Source of the DNA: Negaprion brevirostris | Lineage: Eukaryota | NCBI GenBank assembly: GCA_030324005.1 | Contig: JARDVH010000106.1 | Location: 46,903,574-46,967,573, forward strand | Length of the DNA stretch: 64,000 nt | Direction: 5' to 3' | Shown here: piece after piece, positions 1 to 11,545 of the stretch | Layout of the letters: each line of letters starts with the position of its first letter | Numbering within the stretch: position 1 is the first letter of the stretch | Notes under the pieces: generated by a model | Told to the model about the DNA's origin: nothing | Seen by the model: the letters and a program-made list of their open reading frames with translations, nothing else | Databases searched by the model: none | Program-made: the position numbers and the translations under genes

Positions 1-182
1 AATGATGGGGTCAGAATTTAACATCATTCCACATGTTTTTCAAGAAGGATAATAAACGATAACCAGCAAAGCAGAGACCCAAGCCCACACTGCACAGATG
101 TTTGACCAACTGCCAATGTGGTCCTCCCTCTTTCCATTTCCAACCCAGATGCTCCTTAAAGGGACCACTGAAGAATACGCAA

Positions 183-670
183 TGAATCCCTGTGGACATT
201 GAGGACCCAAAGATCAAAGCTAAAGGCTCTGCAATCTCATCCTTTGCCTCCCAACATATCTTAGGATGTATCCCATCTGGCCCAGGGGACTTATCCACCC
301 TTAGGTTTTTCAAAATTGCTAATACACCTTCCCTCAGAACATCTACCTCCTCCATCCTATCGGCCTGCATCACACACTCCTCCTCAAAAACATGGCCCCT
401 CTCCTTAGTGAACACTGAAAAAAAGTATTCATTCAACGCCTTACCTATCTCTTCTGACTCCATGCACAAGTTCCCACAACTATCCTTGACTGGCCTTAAC
501 ATCACCCTGGTCATTCTTTTATTTCTCACATGAGTAAAAAGCCTTGGGGTTTTCTTTTACCCGACCCGCCAAGGACTTCTCAAGCCCCCTCCTAGCTCTC
601 CTAAGCCTTTTAACTCATTCCTAGCTACCTTGTAACAGTCAAGCAACCCAACTGAACCTTGTTTGCTGCT
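183..670 (-). mobile_element. CR1-clade LINE ORF2 fragment (pre-RT region)
   Basis: ALNEYFFSVFTKE...LKNLRVDKSPGPDGIHPKICWEAKDEIAEPLALIF contains the typical CR1 KSPGPDGIHP motif. Confidence 0.85.
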
Positions 671-684
671 GATAGACTCACTAA

Positions 685-870
685 AGAAGGAGGGAGGGTG
701 AAGGAGAGAAAGTGGGTGCGAGGGAGGGAAGGTGAGGGTGGCAGAATGAGGGAGAGAAGGTGGCTGAGTGAAAGGGAGTGAGGGTGGCTGAGTGAGTGGG
801 AGGGATTGAGTGAGGTTGGCCAAGTGAGAGAGAGTCAGGGTGGCAGAGTGAGAGTGAGGATGGCTGAAAG
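685..870 (+). repeat. GA/GT-rich degenerate tandem repeat (gagggtggc[t/a]gagtga units)
   Basis: Repeated gagggtggcagaatgag / gagggtggctgagtgag / cagggtggcagagtgag. Confidence 0.7.
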
Positions 871-1054
871 TGTGTGGTTTACTCATGGACAACTAAGACT
901 GTTACATACCATCCGGTTTGTCTTGGAGCATTGGCCCATCCATATAGATGACTGACATCACCTTTACTGTAAATATCCAATTCAGATGCCTAACTGATGT
1001 CTACTATTATTACCCATCCACTTACAGGGCTGGCCATTCTTCTAATATTAATTA

Positions 1055-1345
1055 CAAGTGCAAGCGTGAGGGGTGAGTAAACGTGCATATGTGAGGGGAG
1101 CAATTCTGTGTGCATGCATGTGTGCGTGCAAAAGTGCAAGTATATGTAACAGTATGCAAGTGTGAGAGAGCAAAGGGTGAGTGTGTGTGTACATGAGTGA
1201 GGGGTGTCTCTGTCCACATGTGTAAGAGTTAGTGTGCATGCATGTTAGCAAGATGCGAGTGCATGTTTGGGAGAGGGGTGAGTGGGTCTGTGTTACATGA
1301 GAGAGAACGTGAGTGAGGGGGAGAGACAGTGTGAAGAGCGGGGGT
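1055..1345 (+). repeat. TG/GA-rich low-complexity tract
   Basis: Degenerate (TG)n, tgcatg and gagggg units. Confidence 0.7.
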
Positions 1346-2253
1346 GCTTCCTTTGAATAGACCAATGGAAATTTAAAGTGAAATTAACAGACTAAAGGTT
1401 AACAAGGTGGCAAATTAAACAATTAACAAATCAATAAAGTGAAAAGCCATGGGGGGGGGGGGGGGGGGGGGGGGGGNNNNNNNNNNNNNNNNNNNNNNNN
1501 NNNNNNNNNNNNNNNNNNNNNNNNNNNNNNNNNNNNNNNNNNNNNNNNNNNNNNNNNNNNNNNNNNNNNNNNNNNNNNNNNNNNNNNNNNNNNNNNNNNN
1601 NNNNNNNNNNNNNNNNNNNNNNNNNNNNNNNNNNNNNNNNNNNNNNNNNNNNNNNNNNNNNNNNNNNNNNNNNNNNNNNNNNNNNNNNNNNNNNNNNNNN
1701 NNNNTCTGCTTCACTCGCAGTCTCATGGTTCTCATTGATCCTTGCACCCCACCTCACAGTGGATGAGGCTGAGAGAGAGAGAACAGGACAAACATTCTCA
1801 TCTTTCACACTCTAATGATCATCTTTCTTTACAGTTCTTGTTTTTAATTATCAATTTACCATTTTGACTTTTTCTTGCTCAGCAAATTCCCTTCAGATGT
1901 CAGCTTTTTTCAAAGATTAAAGTTTAGTGTGGTGAGAAAGAAGTTGAATGTGCCCACCCCATGGCACAGGAAAAGGTTCGACACAGCTGCTCTGAGACCA
2001 GAGCTGTTTGAGGACGTCCTGCAAAGCTATCTGCAGTCTCTTTTCAGCCAATGAGGTAGAACTCAATAGGTCAGGCAAAGATACNNNNNNNNNNACCAGG
2101 GGATGCATCAGGGTCAATAGCTGACTACATATCTACTGTTGGTTGGTTTGTTGGATGAGATTAGTGTGGATGAGTGCATTGTGGTAATGTTTATTTCAGC
2201 ATTGCAGCCAAGAGGACTCTGATGTTCCAAAAGGGAGGGACCAGAACATTATA

Positions 2254-2374
2254 GGCGGGAGTTTCTGGTGTCACTCACCCTGAAACCAAAAACTCGTGCC
2301 CGAGGTTAGCGGACCTTTGGTCTGCCCCTCGCCTGCTCTGACTCCTGTGGTGGGCAGGACAGAACATTCAACCC
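2254..2374 (+). mobile_element. ~120-bp GC-rich MITE-like repeat
   Basis: Homologous by eye to the reverse complement of 20738-20856; degenerate inverted termini (ggcgggagtttc / gaacattcaaccc). Confidence 0.55.
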
Positions 2375-3050
2375 AGATGTTTGACTGTTGCACAATTTGG
2401 GCTTGTGTTTGAGTGGAATCGTAGTTGACTGATGTGATCAAGGATCAGCTGGCTGGAAAGGGGAGCTGCTGATGTTTCCTCAAGTTGCTCCCTGTATCCT
2501 TGATGGCAAGGACTGGCCCTCAATGGTTAGGTTGTGGAGGCCATCGCGAATCAGGACACACACTCAGGCTAATGCTGGTGGACTCCCTCTGGGAAATTCA
2601 AGGAATGAAATTATTTCTTCAGAACCCCAGTGGATTGCTCTATGATTTGTCAAGTACCATGGCGCTCGTGTAGAGTGAAGTTACGTGCCAGGTGTCAAGC
2701 AGAGAGTCATGAACTCCTAACAGTCATCTTCTGATTTGATGGGGTGGCTCAAATGCTCTGAGAACAACAGACTGGCACAGACAATTGTGATGGCTGCCAG
2801 GACAGTGGGCTCTCACCTGTATGATGTGCTGCATCGTCACACACAAACTACATATTTCCCAAGTGGTTGTGATGCAGTTCAGGATTTAAATGAGGCAGTT
2901 GGAAAGGCACTTGTGCAGTCAATGCCACCTTGCAACACTGGATATCCACCCCCTCCCCCACATCCCCTTCCTGACAAAACTAAGTGCACACTTCTCTCTG
3001 GTCAGAACGAACACAATGAGCTTCCCTCCTCTGGCAAAAGAAACATTGCT

Positions 3051-3348
3051 GCTTCTCAGCCTTTTGGCTAAGGTCAAGTGTAGTATTGACATGCTTGAAA
3101 TCATGAGGTTAGACTGAGGTTTCATTTGAAGCAAATTTTTAAAACGGCATCTCGGCCTTTTGGCTAAAATGCAAATGAGATCAAGCCTTGGAGGAGCCTT
3201 GCAATGCCTGTTCGAATCAGCTTGGATCATGTAGATCAAGTCCAAGACAGGGAGTGAGAGGCTTGTCTTGTCAGCTTGGATCGGGAATGTCTCACTTGCT
3301 GAAACTTGGAATTGGACTTTGATTGAATTGGATATATAAACAAAAAAA
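3051..3348 (+). mobile_element. U2 snRNA-derived composite retroposon-like element (two U2 5' fragments, unique body, A-rich tail)
   Basis: 3051-3086 matches U2 nt 4-39 at 34/36. 3147-3167 matches U2 nt 4-24 at 20/21, followed by AGATCAAG at 3178-3185. A-rich tail ends at 3348. No Sm site or 3' stem-loops, so it is not a functional U2. Confidence 0.75.
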
Positions 3349-4525
3349 TCTTATCTCTCTGTAGCAGCAGTTAGCACTATATAAAGATCATACCTAATTC
3401 ATCCTAGAAAGAATGCAATGAGATGGTCACCAGATCTAGTCATTTTGAATTAAATTTTAGGAACATTATTTTTGTAAAGTACAGGCAATGCATTAATTCA
3501 TCCTTGCTAAGTGGGAGGTAAAGGTATCTGGAATATTGGAAGTGAATGAGACTTCCTACAGAGAGCTCTTTCCTCCTCCTCCTCCGCACAATACAGCTAG
3601 TCTTTTTTGCTGCTTCTGCTCAATCTCCCCCACTTGCCTCAGTTCAAGAGTGATTGCAATTATAGCACTCAAGACGGAAAGGGGCCTGACCAGAATCCTT
3701 GCAGTCACAACTAAGCCCTTCTCTATGTGCAGCACAACTCCCTAAGCACAGACCACTTGTGTGCATGTACATGTTTGTGTGTGGGTATGTGTCTGTCTGT
3801 GTTCTTGTTGCTGAACATATGCTCAGCTCTGCATATTTAAGAGGAGGCATTGGCTAGAACAGCAAGCTCAAAAATCAGAAGTACTGGCTCTAAGTCAGCT
3901 TTACATGCTGATTGATATCACAATCTGGCTACTCTGTATACGTCTGGTGCACACTCCTTACATCCAAGTCATAACCCTCAACAAAATGACATTGGGCCCA
4001 GGCCATGTGGGAATTGTTATAGACAATACAGGCACCCCCATTTTAATACCAAAAGGGCACTTGGAATATAAACTGTCGGCACAAGGGAGCCCAATTTTGG
4101 AGCCATAATCTTTTTAGCCTTTTTTGGACTGAAAAACTTGAAACATTTCTGGTGGAGACAAAATTACAATTTTAAATTGTACCGTACTTTGCATGATCAG
4201 TGAAACATTCCTGGCAGCATTTGACTGTTGGACAATGAAAAGTGAGCACATTAGTGGTTTGGAAATGTTGATGACTGATCAAGAATAGGCAAGCAATTAT
4301 TTTTCGAGCATCTGCCGAGAAGAGGAAGAGCATTTTTCCAAATGGCTTCTATTCCTCCATCCCCTTCAATTTCAGACCAAAATTACTGGTTAATTATTAG
4401 TCATCAAAATTGATTGCTTTCTTTTCTACAATTGGTGGAACCCTGATAAACTGACAATGTTAATCACATTATGCCCATTTTTTTAGAAATTAAGTGCAAA
4501 ATGCCATTTTTCAGTGCTAATGAGT

Positions 4526-5430
4526 TTTATTGTACATTTAACAGTTATAGATGCGCAGAAGAATCAAAAAAATAATTTTCTTTTAATTGATTGATGCAAT
4601 AACTGAAACTCATGCACAAACGGCTAAAAAATCAGTGGCGCCTTCGGGGAGAGTTTTCATTCAATTCTGCCGATTAATTTATTTTCACTGACATGCCAGT
4701 GACACTGGAGATCTCCTTTTAAGCTGATGTCCATAGGCTGCTGCTTTGATTCGCAGTATTACAGGGTGGGTGAAGAAACAGTCTTTAGACTTGTACACAG
4801 CTGGTGTGGTAGGTAACTTCTGCAGAAGTTGCTTCGGCACTGCTCTCATCAGCAAGTCAGTATTTACGTAACACTGATGGAAGCAGCTTTGTTAATTAAA
4901 TAAAATAACTCGGGTATGTAGCTAAGTGCTTTACACCACTAGTAATTGAGACAAAGTTTGGTACTTAGGCGAAATCTGTTGGCGTGTCCATGTCAGCAAA
5001 AGACCTCCACAGTAACTCTCAGAACTCAAAGGTGTAATCTCACGTTGGGCCTCAGCCTCTTGCAACCTGAAAAACAGCCTTTTAGCTGGGCAATCATAGC
5101 CCAGCAGTTTCAAGACAGTGGGAGAACCGGAAATCTGTGCCAACCAGCAATCTGCCAGCTAGAGGATTCCATCGGATGCAAATAATGTACAACAGTTGCA
5201 AGAGTCATCAACACCATTAAAAAATGTAAACATAATTAATTGTTGCAATACAAGTGCAACCTAATCTCTTAATAGGGAAAAGAAATATTTCTTCAGTAAA
5301 TGTTTAACCAAAGCTTTTACAACAAAGTGCTGAAACACTGACTTTAGCCAATGGAAATCATTTTTTTCCACGACAACGAACATTTTAAACCTTGATGTGA
5401 AATCAAAACATTGTAAAATAGTGGTTTATT
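4526..5430 (-). terminator. Candidate IGSF11 polyadenylation signals (AATAAA at 5430-5425 and 4531-4526)
   Basis: Minus-strand AATAAA hexamers 2.3-3.2 kb past the stop. One is preceded by TGTA and both are followed by T-rich sequence. Other AATAAA occur at ~6795, ~6708 and ~5955, so the true site cannot be assigned. Confidence 0.25.
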
Positions 5431-5538
5431 GTTCTGGNNNNNNNNNNNNNNNNNNNNNNNNNNNNNNNNNNNNNNNNNNNNNNNNNNNNNNNNNNNNNNN
5501 NNNNNNNNNNNNNNNNNNNNNNNNNNNNNNNNNNNNNC

Positions 5539-5571
5539 TGTGAGTCAGCAGTGCTAACCACTGTGTCACCC
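5539..5571 (-). mobile_element. HE1/V-SINE-like head, remainder in gap
   Basis: ctgtgagtcagcagtgctaaccactgtgtcaccc is the reverse complement of the SINE head. Confidence 0.65.
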
Positions 5572-5584
5572 AAAAAGTGCAGCT

Positions 5585-5712
5585 CTCGTTCAGTACTGCA
5601 CCGGGAACGTCAGCCTCGATTCTTGTGCACGAATCTCGCAATAGGATGGGAAACGCGCAACTTATTGATTTGTTGTCAAAACTGCTACTAACTGAGCCAG
5701 GGCTGATACCGT
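5585..5712 (-). mobile_element. Degenerate DeuSINE-like head, CpG-rich, downstream of the IGSF11 stop
   Basis: cagtactgcaccgggaacgtcagcctcgattcttgtgc...gctactaactgagccagggctgatac parallels the heads at 12395-12492 and 59375-59480. Confidence 0.5.
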
Positions 5713-6421
5713 TCAGGTCGGATGCGGCTGTGTGTGCAGCTTTGCGGAATCCATGGTCCAACAACATATAACCGGCAGTAAATATACACAGTGATCTTAA
5801 GCAGATGAGATTCTTCTGCATGTCACTTACAACCTTTCCTGTTAACATCATATATATTGACTGCTGGAAGCCCATATTTGTTGCCTTCACATCAAACACA
5901 AGAGAAGAAGGCACATTTATTATTTTAATCCACCCCAGTACTTATTTTCACTTTATTGGGGTACTGTGGTGTTCTTTTACACATCATTTCTGTAGGATTT
6001 AATTAAATTTTATGGCTTCAGCCAAGAATCCTGGATGTTTTGTGTCTAACTAGGTTCAAGTAAAGTTCGGGTCAGAGATGAATCAGAAGAAAACACAGAG
6101 ATGGTTATCAATTTATATGATCTCATCTTGCTAAATCACCGAGCAGGCAGGTAAACAGCTCAGTCATTTGGAAGAGGCAGCAGTGATGAGTTAGAATCCT
6201 GACAATAACTAATTGCTTTAACAAAGCAATGTTTAAAAATTACAAATTTGAAAAATGTTGCAATTTCCTTAAGATGTAAATGATTAAAGGATAAAACAAA
6301 GTGGCCGCAAGAACGGTGTCTGACCTCATATTTTAATTCCAACTAATCTTCACTTAAATATTTCAGGAAGCATTTTTTAAAAAAGCAATCTATGTGACGT
6401 CGGGCTTCATCTACATGGCCA

Positions 6422-6683
6422 GGGGCGACACAGTGGTTAGCGCTGCTGCTTCACTGCACCAGGGATCCGGGTTCAATTCCCGGCTTGAGTCACTGTCTGT
6501 GTGGAGTTTGCACATTCTCCCTGTATTTGTGTGGGTTTTCTCCAGGTACTCCAGTTTCCTCCCACAGTCCGAAAAGCATGCTGATTAGATGCATTGACCT
6601 GAACAGAGTGTGGCAACTAGGGGAATTTCACAGTAACTTCATTGCAGTGTTAACGTAAGCCTCACCTGTGACTAACAAAAACT
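6422..6683 (+). mobile_element. tRNA-derived HE1/V-SINE-like element, tail type B
   Basis: A-box-like cagtggttagc, B-box ggttcaattcc, V-domain tgtgtggagtttgcacattctccc...tttcctcccacagtcc, and tail cacagtaacttcattgcagtgttaacgtaagcc. Confidence 0.85.
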
Positions 6684-7775
6684 TGTGTCAGTTGTGTTCG
6701 GTACATTTATTTGAATTCTAATCGACTGTTCAAATGTCAGCACTTCTTAACAAAACATTTCTGGAGGCTTTAGGATGTTGCGAGTTTGCAATTTATTGCA
6801 GGATTCTAGCCCAGGATTAGGCAGCTGCTTGTTTTGCCAACATCTGGTCGGTCCTCCTATATCTTACTTCCAGCAGATTGCAGAGCACACCTCAGCATAA
6901 GGCTAAGGCAGATGGGAATTAAGATCCTTTTGTTTTTTTTCTTAAATCATCTCAAGCAGTCTAGTTTTCTCATGATGTCAAATCGGTCTCGCTGCCTGTA
7001 ATTTGCATCACTGTCCTTCTTGTAGAACTGTTTCATAGCTGTGTTTCAGCAAAAACAATGTGTTGCAACGTCTTAGAACATCCATATTGGAGGAGACCAC
7101 AATCATTCCCTTCAGAGAAAAATGCATTGTTCCACAGTCATGGCCCAGCTGACAAAACTACTTTTCCACCAATTCCTGGTCTTTGCAATGCACTTAGAAT
7201 TATTGAACTTCTGGAATTCAGTTGTTAATTTTCCAGAACTAATTCTTACATTTCAACATTGTCCTTCACTCAAATACTTATTCTCTCCCCAGATGTGCTT
7301 ACAAGCATCTGAAGGTTAAGTGAACTGATGGAATCATAATTTTGAGATATTCCTGCTTAAAAGAAAATCTTTAGGTATTCCTGTCTCCGAGGACAGTAAC
7401 TTAATTTCAGACACTTCTTCAGTCCCTCAGAAATTAAGAAGTTATATTCAAATCACTCATCTTTAATCATAAGCAACTGTCTTGTTCCTTTTGGAATAAC
7501 GTGTACTTTTTTTTAAAGAACCTTAGGAAAGCACATCAATATTAGTTGATGACTTTTGAAAAGCAAAATAAGACTTCAGAAATGTTAATTTAAGACAAAA
7601 TGCAACTGCATTTAAATCAAACTCAGGCATGAAATGGCTTCGCTTTTACATAACCCCTCTCACCAATCAGGAAGGGGACCTTGCAAGAAGGTGTTTTTTT
7701 AAACATGAAAAATATCAGTCTGCAATTGAAATTTAGGACAGGAGTATAGTCTTCAGTCTATCAATGAAATGTTAC

Positions 7776-8202
7776 CTATACCAGAGATCCTGCCCTGTTC
7801 TGTGCAGGTATCATGACTGGTATGCCACCCATTCGCTGAAGATTTGAATGACTAACAGCATAGGAGAGTGTGTGCTGTGAAGGAGTCTTACGACTAAGTG
7901 AGCCATTGCATTTTGCTAGGTTTTGTGAAGATGGACTTCTTGTAGCTACAACCATTGCCTTTGGTGTGGCGTGGTGGCTTCCATTTGTGTACAGTGGTCG
8001 GTTCTGTGGTTGACTAGATGTCGTCGTAATTGAGTGGAGCGTGTGTCCGTTGTACCGACTGAATGGATTTGACTCATAGATCGGCTTCTTGTTTTGCCAG
8101 TAGTGGGCATTATATGTGTTTGCTGACGTAAGGGTAACATTTTCAGAGGAACTAGCTGGATGGAAACCTTTGGTAGATGTTGATGGTGGGATGTCATCTT
8201 CC
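7776..8202 (-). CDS. IGSF11: IGSF11 terminal coding exon 7 (cytoplasmic tail with PDZ-binding motif GSLV)
   Basis: Acceptor tcttttcttcag|G GAA GAT GAC. Translates (R)EDDIPPSTSTKGFH...SSSENVTLTSANTYNAHYW...NGSLSRK...LQRMGGIPVMIPAQNRAGSLV, with TAG at 7778-7776. Confidence 0.95.
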
Positions 8203-9949
8203 CTGAAGAAAAGAACATTTTCTTTTAAAACCTCAGAATAATTGTTAGCCATCTACTGATTCTGTTGCATTTTGTTATACCAATAAATATCACAAATAAT
8301 TCATGACATGAATGATGATTTATTCCAGGAGTTAAAGTGCTAAACCTGATCATAGGAAATTAAAATTCAATAAACTAAATAGATTGCACTAATCCTGCAC
8401 TCAAAATAAACACAGGTCAGAGTGCTCCATTTGCATGCAATTTCTCCCTGAGATATTTGTTCTCTATATATTTTGTTTGTACAACATTGAATCAGTGAAT
8501 TACATTAAAACTCTGATATAGCGAAGCCTATTAACCTTCTTTATGGCACGAAGAAATCAGTATCGTATATTCAAAGTATCTTCCAACAAATCTCTCAGTT
8601 CCACTGGAATTCAATCTCGCCCGTGAGAGCAGGAATCTTGCATTTCGTTAATTATTATTGACAACATTGTTCATGTTCATTAGATTAAAATATAATTAAA
8701 ATAAAACCAGTGTGCTTTACAAAGTAAACTGCTGTTCCAAAACTAAAAGCTTTAATGAATTCCACAGTACCTTGATCGTTACGCAAGTGTTCTCAAGAGT
8801 TAGAACAGACCTTGAAGTAAATTATCCCTGTATCTTGTGAGTTGCCTAGCAACTTTGAAATCAAAGTGATTTCAGTACTCCTATCAGTTTGACCTAGTTT
8901 CAAACCCACAAGTAAGTGGTGAAAGCACAACCTTCTGATCATCTGCTTCACTCTCCTCCTTATAGTTAGGTATTTATGAAGTTCATCACGAAGACACCAT
9001 AGCACAGACTAATGGTCGAGTGGATAAAAGCACAGCATGATATAGTATTGAACCTGCCCTCTGCTAAGTACCCAAATCCGTAGCATGATGACTCTGCGGG
9101 GGAATTCTGGAAGAATCAAACACGTCTCTCATCACTCTACATTGATGTTCGAACATATTACACCATCAAACTAGCCTCACACAAAATATCGCACTTGGTC
9201 ACTGAAACCTCACATTTTAAAATCGTCTTTTTAAATGTAATCTTGTATTTAATGCACCTATTACAAACAGACTGCCCAACTAATCAGACGGCCTGTGGAA
9301 AAAAAATCCTAAGGTCCGCAGAGGCCTTGTACATCATCCATTATTCCATAATCCATCAATTCTCAGCACACAATTTTTTCTGGAATCACATAATTAGGAC
9401 ATGATATTTTAGCTTACAAGGAAGACAAATGTAACTGCTATAGCCTTCAGAATGAAAACTACATTTATTCATTTAACTCGATCAATCAAGTATTCTGCAC
9501 AATGAAAATATGCAGTTCCATAATTTTTCTTCCACAGAACTTAATAAGGAACATTTTGGTGAATTCAGCATTGATGTCAATCAGAGTAATGCACATTACA
9601 TTCAGAACTTCCTGTGATCGCTAATCATGGAGCAAGAGAAGAACAGAACAAATTGGATCGATATATGTTGTACAAATAAAAACCTTATGCCCAGCATGTA
9701 TCCGTAGCTCTTCAAATGTCAAGGCTTTACATATTGTGGCTGTGCTCTTGCATGTGCAATAAACCTTTATACCACCACATCCTTCAGAACTACTGATGCT
9801 GAGATATGCCAAATGAATCAAATGTCTGTTTCAAGTTGCATCCAAAACATTTCCTCTTAGCAGGGCAACACATTCATCAGTTTAACTGGGAATACGAGGC
9901 TGAAGTTTGGCAAGTACAGGGTTTCCATAGTACAGGGGATAGTAGATAG

Positions 9950-10570
9950 CATTCCACGCTTCAAAATTATTTCCTGGCAAGACCAGCATTTAGTGCCCAT
10001 CTCAAATTGTCCTTGAGGTGGTGGGTATTTAAACAACTTGTTGTTGGATTGCACTCATCAGGGAAACTGTGGAGTTGTCAGCCTCTTGATTTGTGCCTTG
10101 TAGGTGGTATAAAAACTTTTGGGAACCATAAGGTGGGTCAATTGCCACAAAATACCCAACTTCTGATCAATTCCTGTAGCTGGCTGGACCAGTTAAGTTT
10201 CTTGTCAATGGTGTCCCCCAGGATGACAATGGCAATGCCACTGAATGTCAAGTGTACATTGTTAGACCTTCATGTCATTGTTTGGCACATGAGATACAAA
10301 CGTTACTTCCTCCATATTAACACAAACCAGATGTTGACCACACCTTCAAGCTGGGAAAGACTGCCCCATTAAGAGGAATTGCAAAAAGGATTGGGATACT
10401 ACTAGTCATTAACTCCTATCTCCATTTCTGACCACATGACGGAGGGAAGGTCATTCAAGTTTCAGCTAAAGATGGTTGAGCCTAGGGTCCTACCCCAAGG
10501 AACTTGCTAGTGATACCCTGTAGCTGATTGGCCTCCAATAACTATGGCTTTACGAACTGGTATGATTTTC
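9950..10570 (-). mobile_element. Second LINE family remnant
   Basis: ggctggaccagttaagtttcttgtcaatggt...ggagggaaggtcatt...gatggttgagcctagg parallels 22640-22950. Confidence 0.62.
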
Positions 10571-10611
10571 TGACAGACCAGGTGTGCTACTTCTATTGGA
10601 AAAAGACGCAC

Positions 10612-10718
10612 TTATACCCTGTTGCAAAGGGTGGTGAGTCCCTGGAATTCTCTGCCCGTTGAAGTGGTGGAGGCTACCTCGCTGAATATATTTAAGTCAC
10701 AGGTAGATAGGTTTCTGA
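10612..10718 (+). mobile_element. CR1 LINE 3' ORF2 fragment
   Basis: QRVVSPWNSLPVEVVEATSLNIFKSQVDRFL is the CR1 C-terminal motif; it runs into a gap. Confidence 0.8.
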
Positions 10719-11257
10719 NNNNNNNNNNNNNNNNNNNNNNNNNNNNNNNNNNNNNNNNNNNNNNNNNNNNNNNNNNNNNNNNNNNNNNNNNNNNNNNNAA
10801 ATTCACTGGAAGTTTTAAAAAGGTTGAAATAATACTTGTCCTCTTAAGTTGACATCTACTTCTTTATATCTGAACTGCCGGCCAGGTTCTGTGTATCCCT
10901 CATTAGTTGCCGGTGCACCACCAGCACTGTGCTGTAAGCTAGCATGAATTATTCAGACCCTATAAATTTGGGCACGCACTCGTTTGAGTGCACCGGGCAG
11001 GCTGCCAACTGTTTCCAGAACAGGTTTTGCTCAGTTACAAAAAGCGAAGTTCATGTTAAAGTGAAGATCAATACATAAGTTATACAAAAACCTTTTGCTT
11101 TATTTTTGAAAAAAAGATTCTGGTCTGCCTGAGAAAGGTTTCAAAGAAAATGGAAAGCAACAGGAAATGTCCTTTCAAGCCCTATGGGAGGCATAAATTG
11201 ATCGTCAGGGAGATTACAGTTATTTTAGATCACATCAGGGTGCAAAAGGAAGAGTGA

Positions 11258-11545
11258 AACTTTTTTTATATAGCATTTTTAACGATTTCAGGATACCCAA
11301 AAGTACCTCACAGTCAATTAAATGTTTCTGCTGCGCCGTTACTGTTGTCATGCAGAAACGGTAGCAGCCAATTTGCACTTAGCAAAGGTCCACAAGCAGC
11401 AACGTGATAATACCAGATTACCTGTTCTGACCATTTGAGTTGAGGGATAAATATTAACCAGTGAACTCTTCTTCAAAATAATGTTGTGGATTTCTTACAG
11501 CCACCTAAGAGGGTGGATGAGGCTTAGACTGGACATGTTATATGA
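11258..11545 (-). mobile_element. DeuSINE (SacSINE1-like) remnant
   Basis: Reverse Deu-domain pattern gcagccaatttgcac...ccacaagcagcaacgtgataat...ttgagggataaatatt. Confidence 0.7.

Noticed and set aside
11-529. 172-aa ORF as a host gene
   Set aside because: It is a CR1 ORF2 fragment reading through into unrelated flank.
1451-1704. Poly-G tract / poly-Pro or poly-Gly ORFs / G-quadruplex
   Set aside because: The G run abuts an N gap, so its length is unreliable and it is a typical sequencing-dropout edge. The ORFs are mostly X.
1705-3040. Decayed Harbinger-type transposon interior (also ~20100-21700 and ~23050-23500)
   Set aside because: Composition is suggestive, but I could not read any transposase or Myb/SANT motif.
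3051-3086. Functional U2 snRNA gene
   Set aside because: Only nt 4-39 are present; the Sm site and 3' stem-loops are absent.
6422-6490. tRNA genes at SINE heads
   Set aside because: The A/B boxes belong to tRNA-derived SINEs followed by V domains; no complete cloverleaf.
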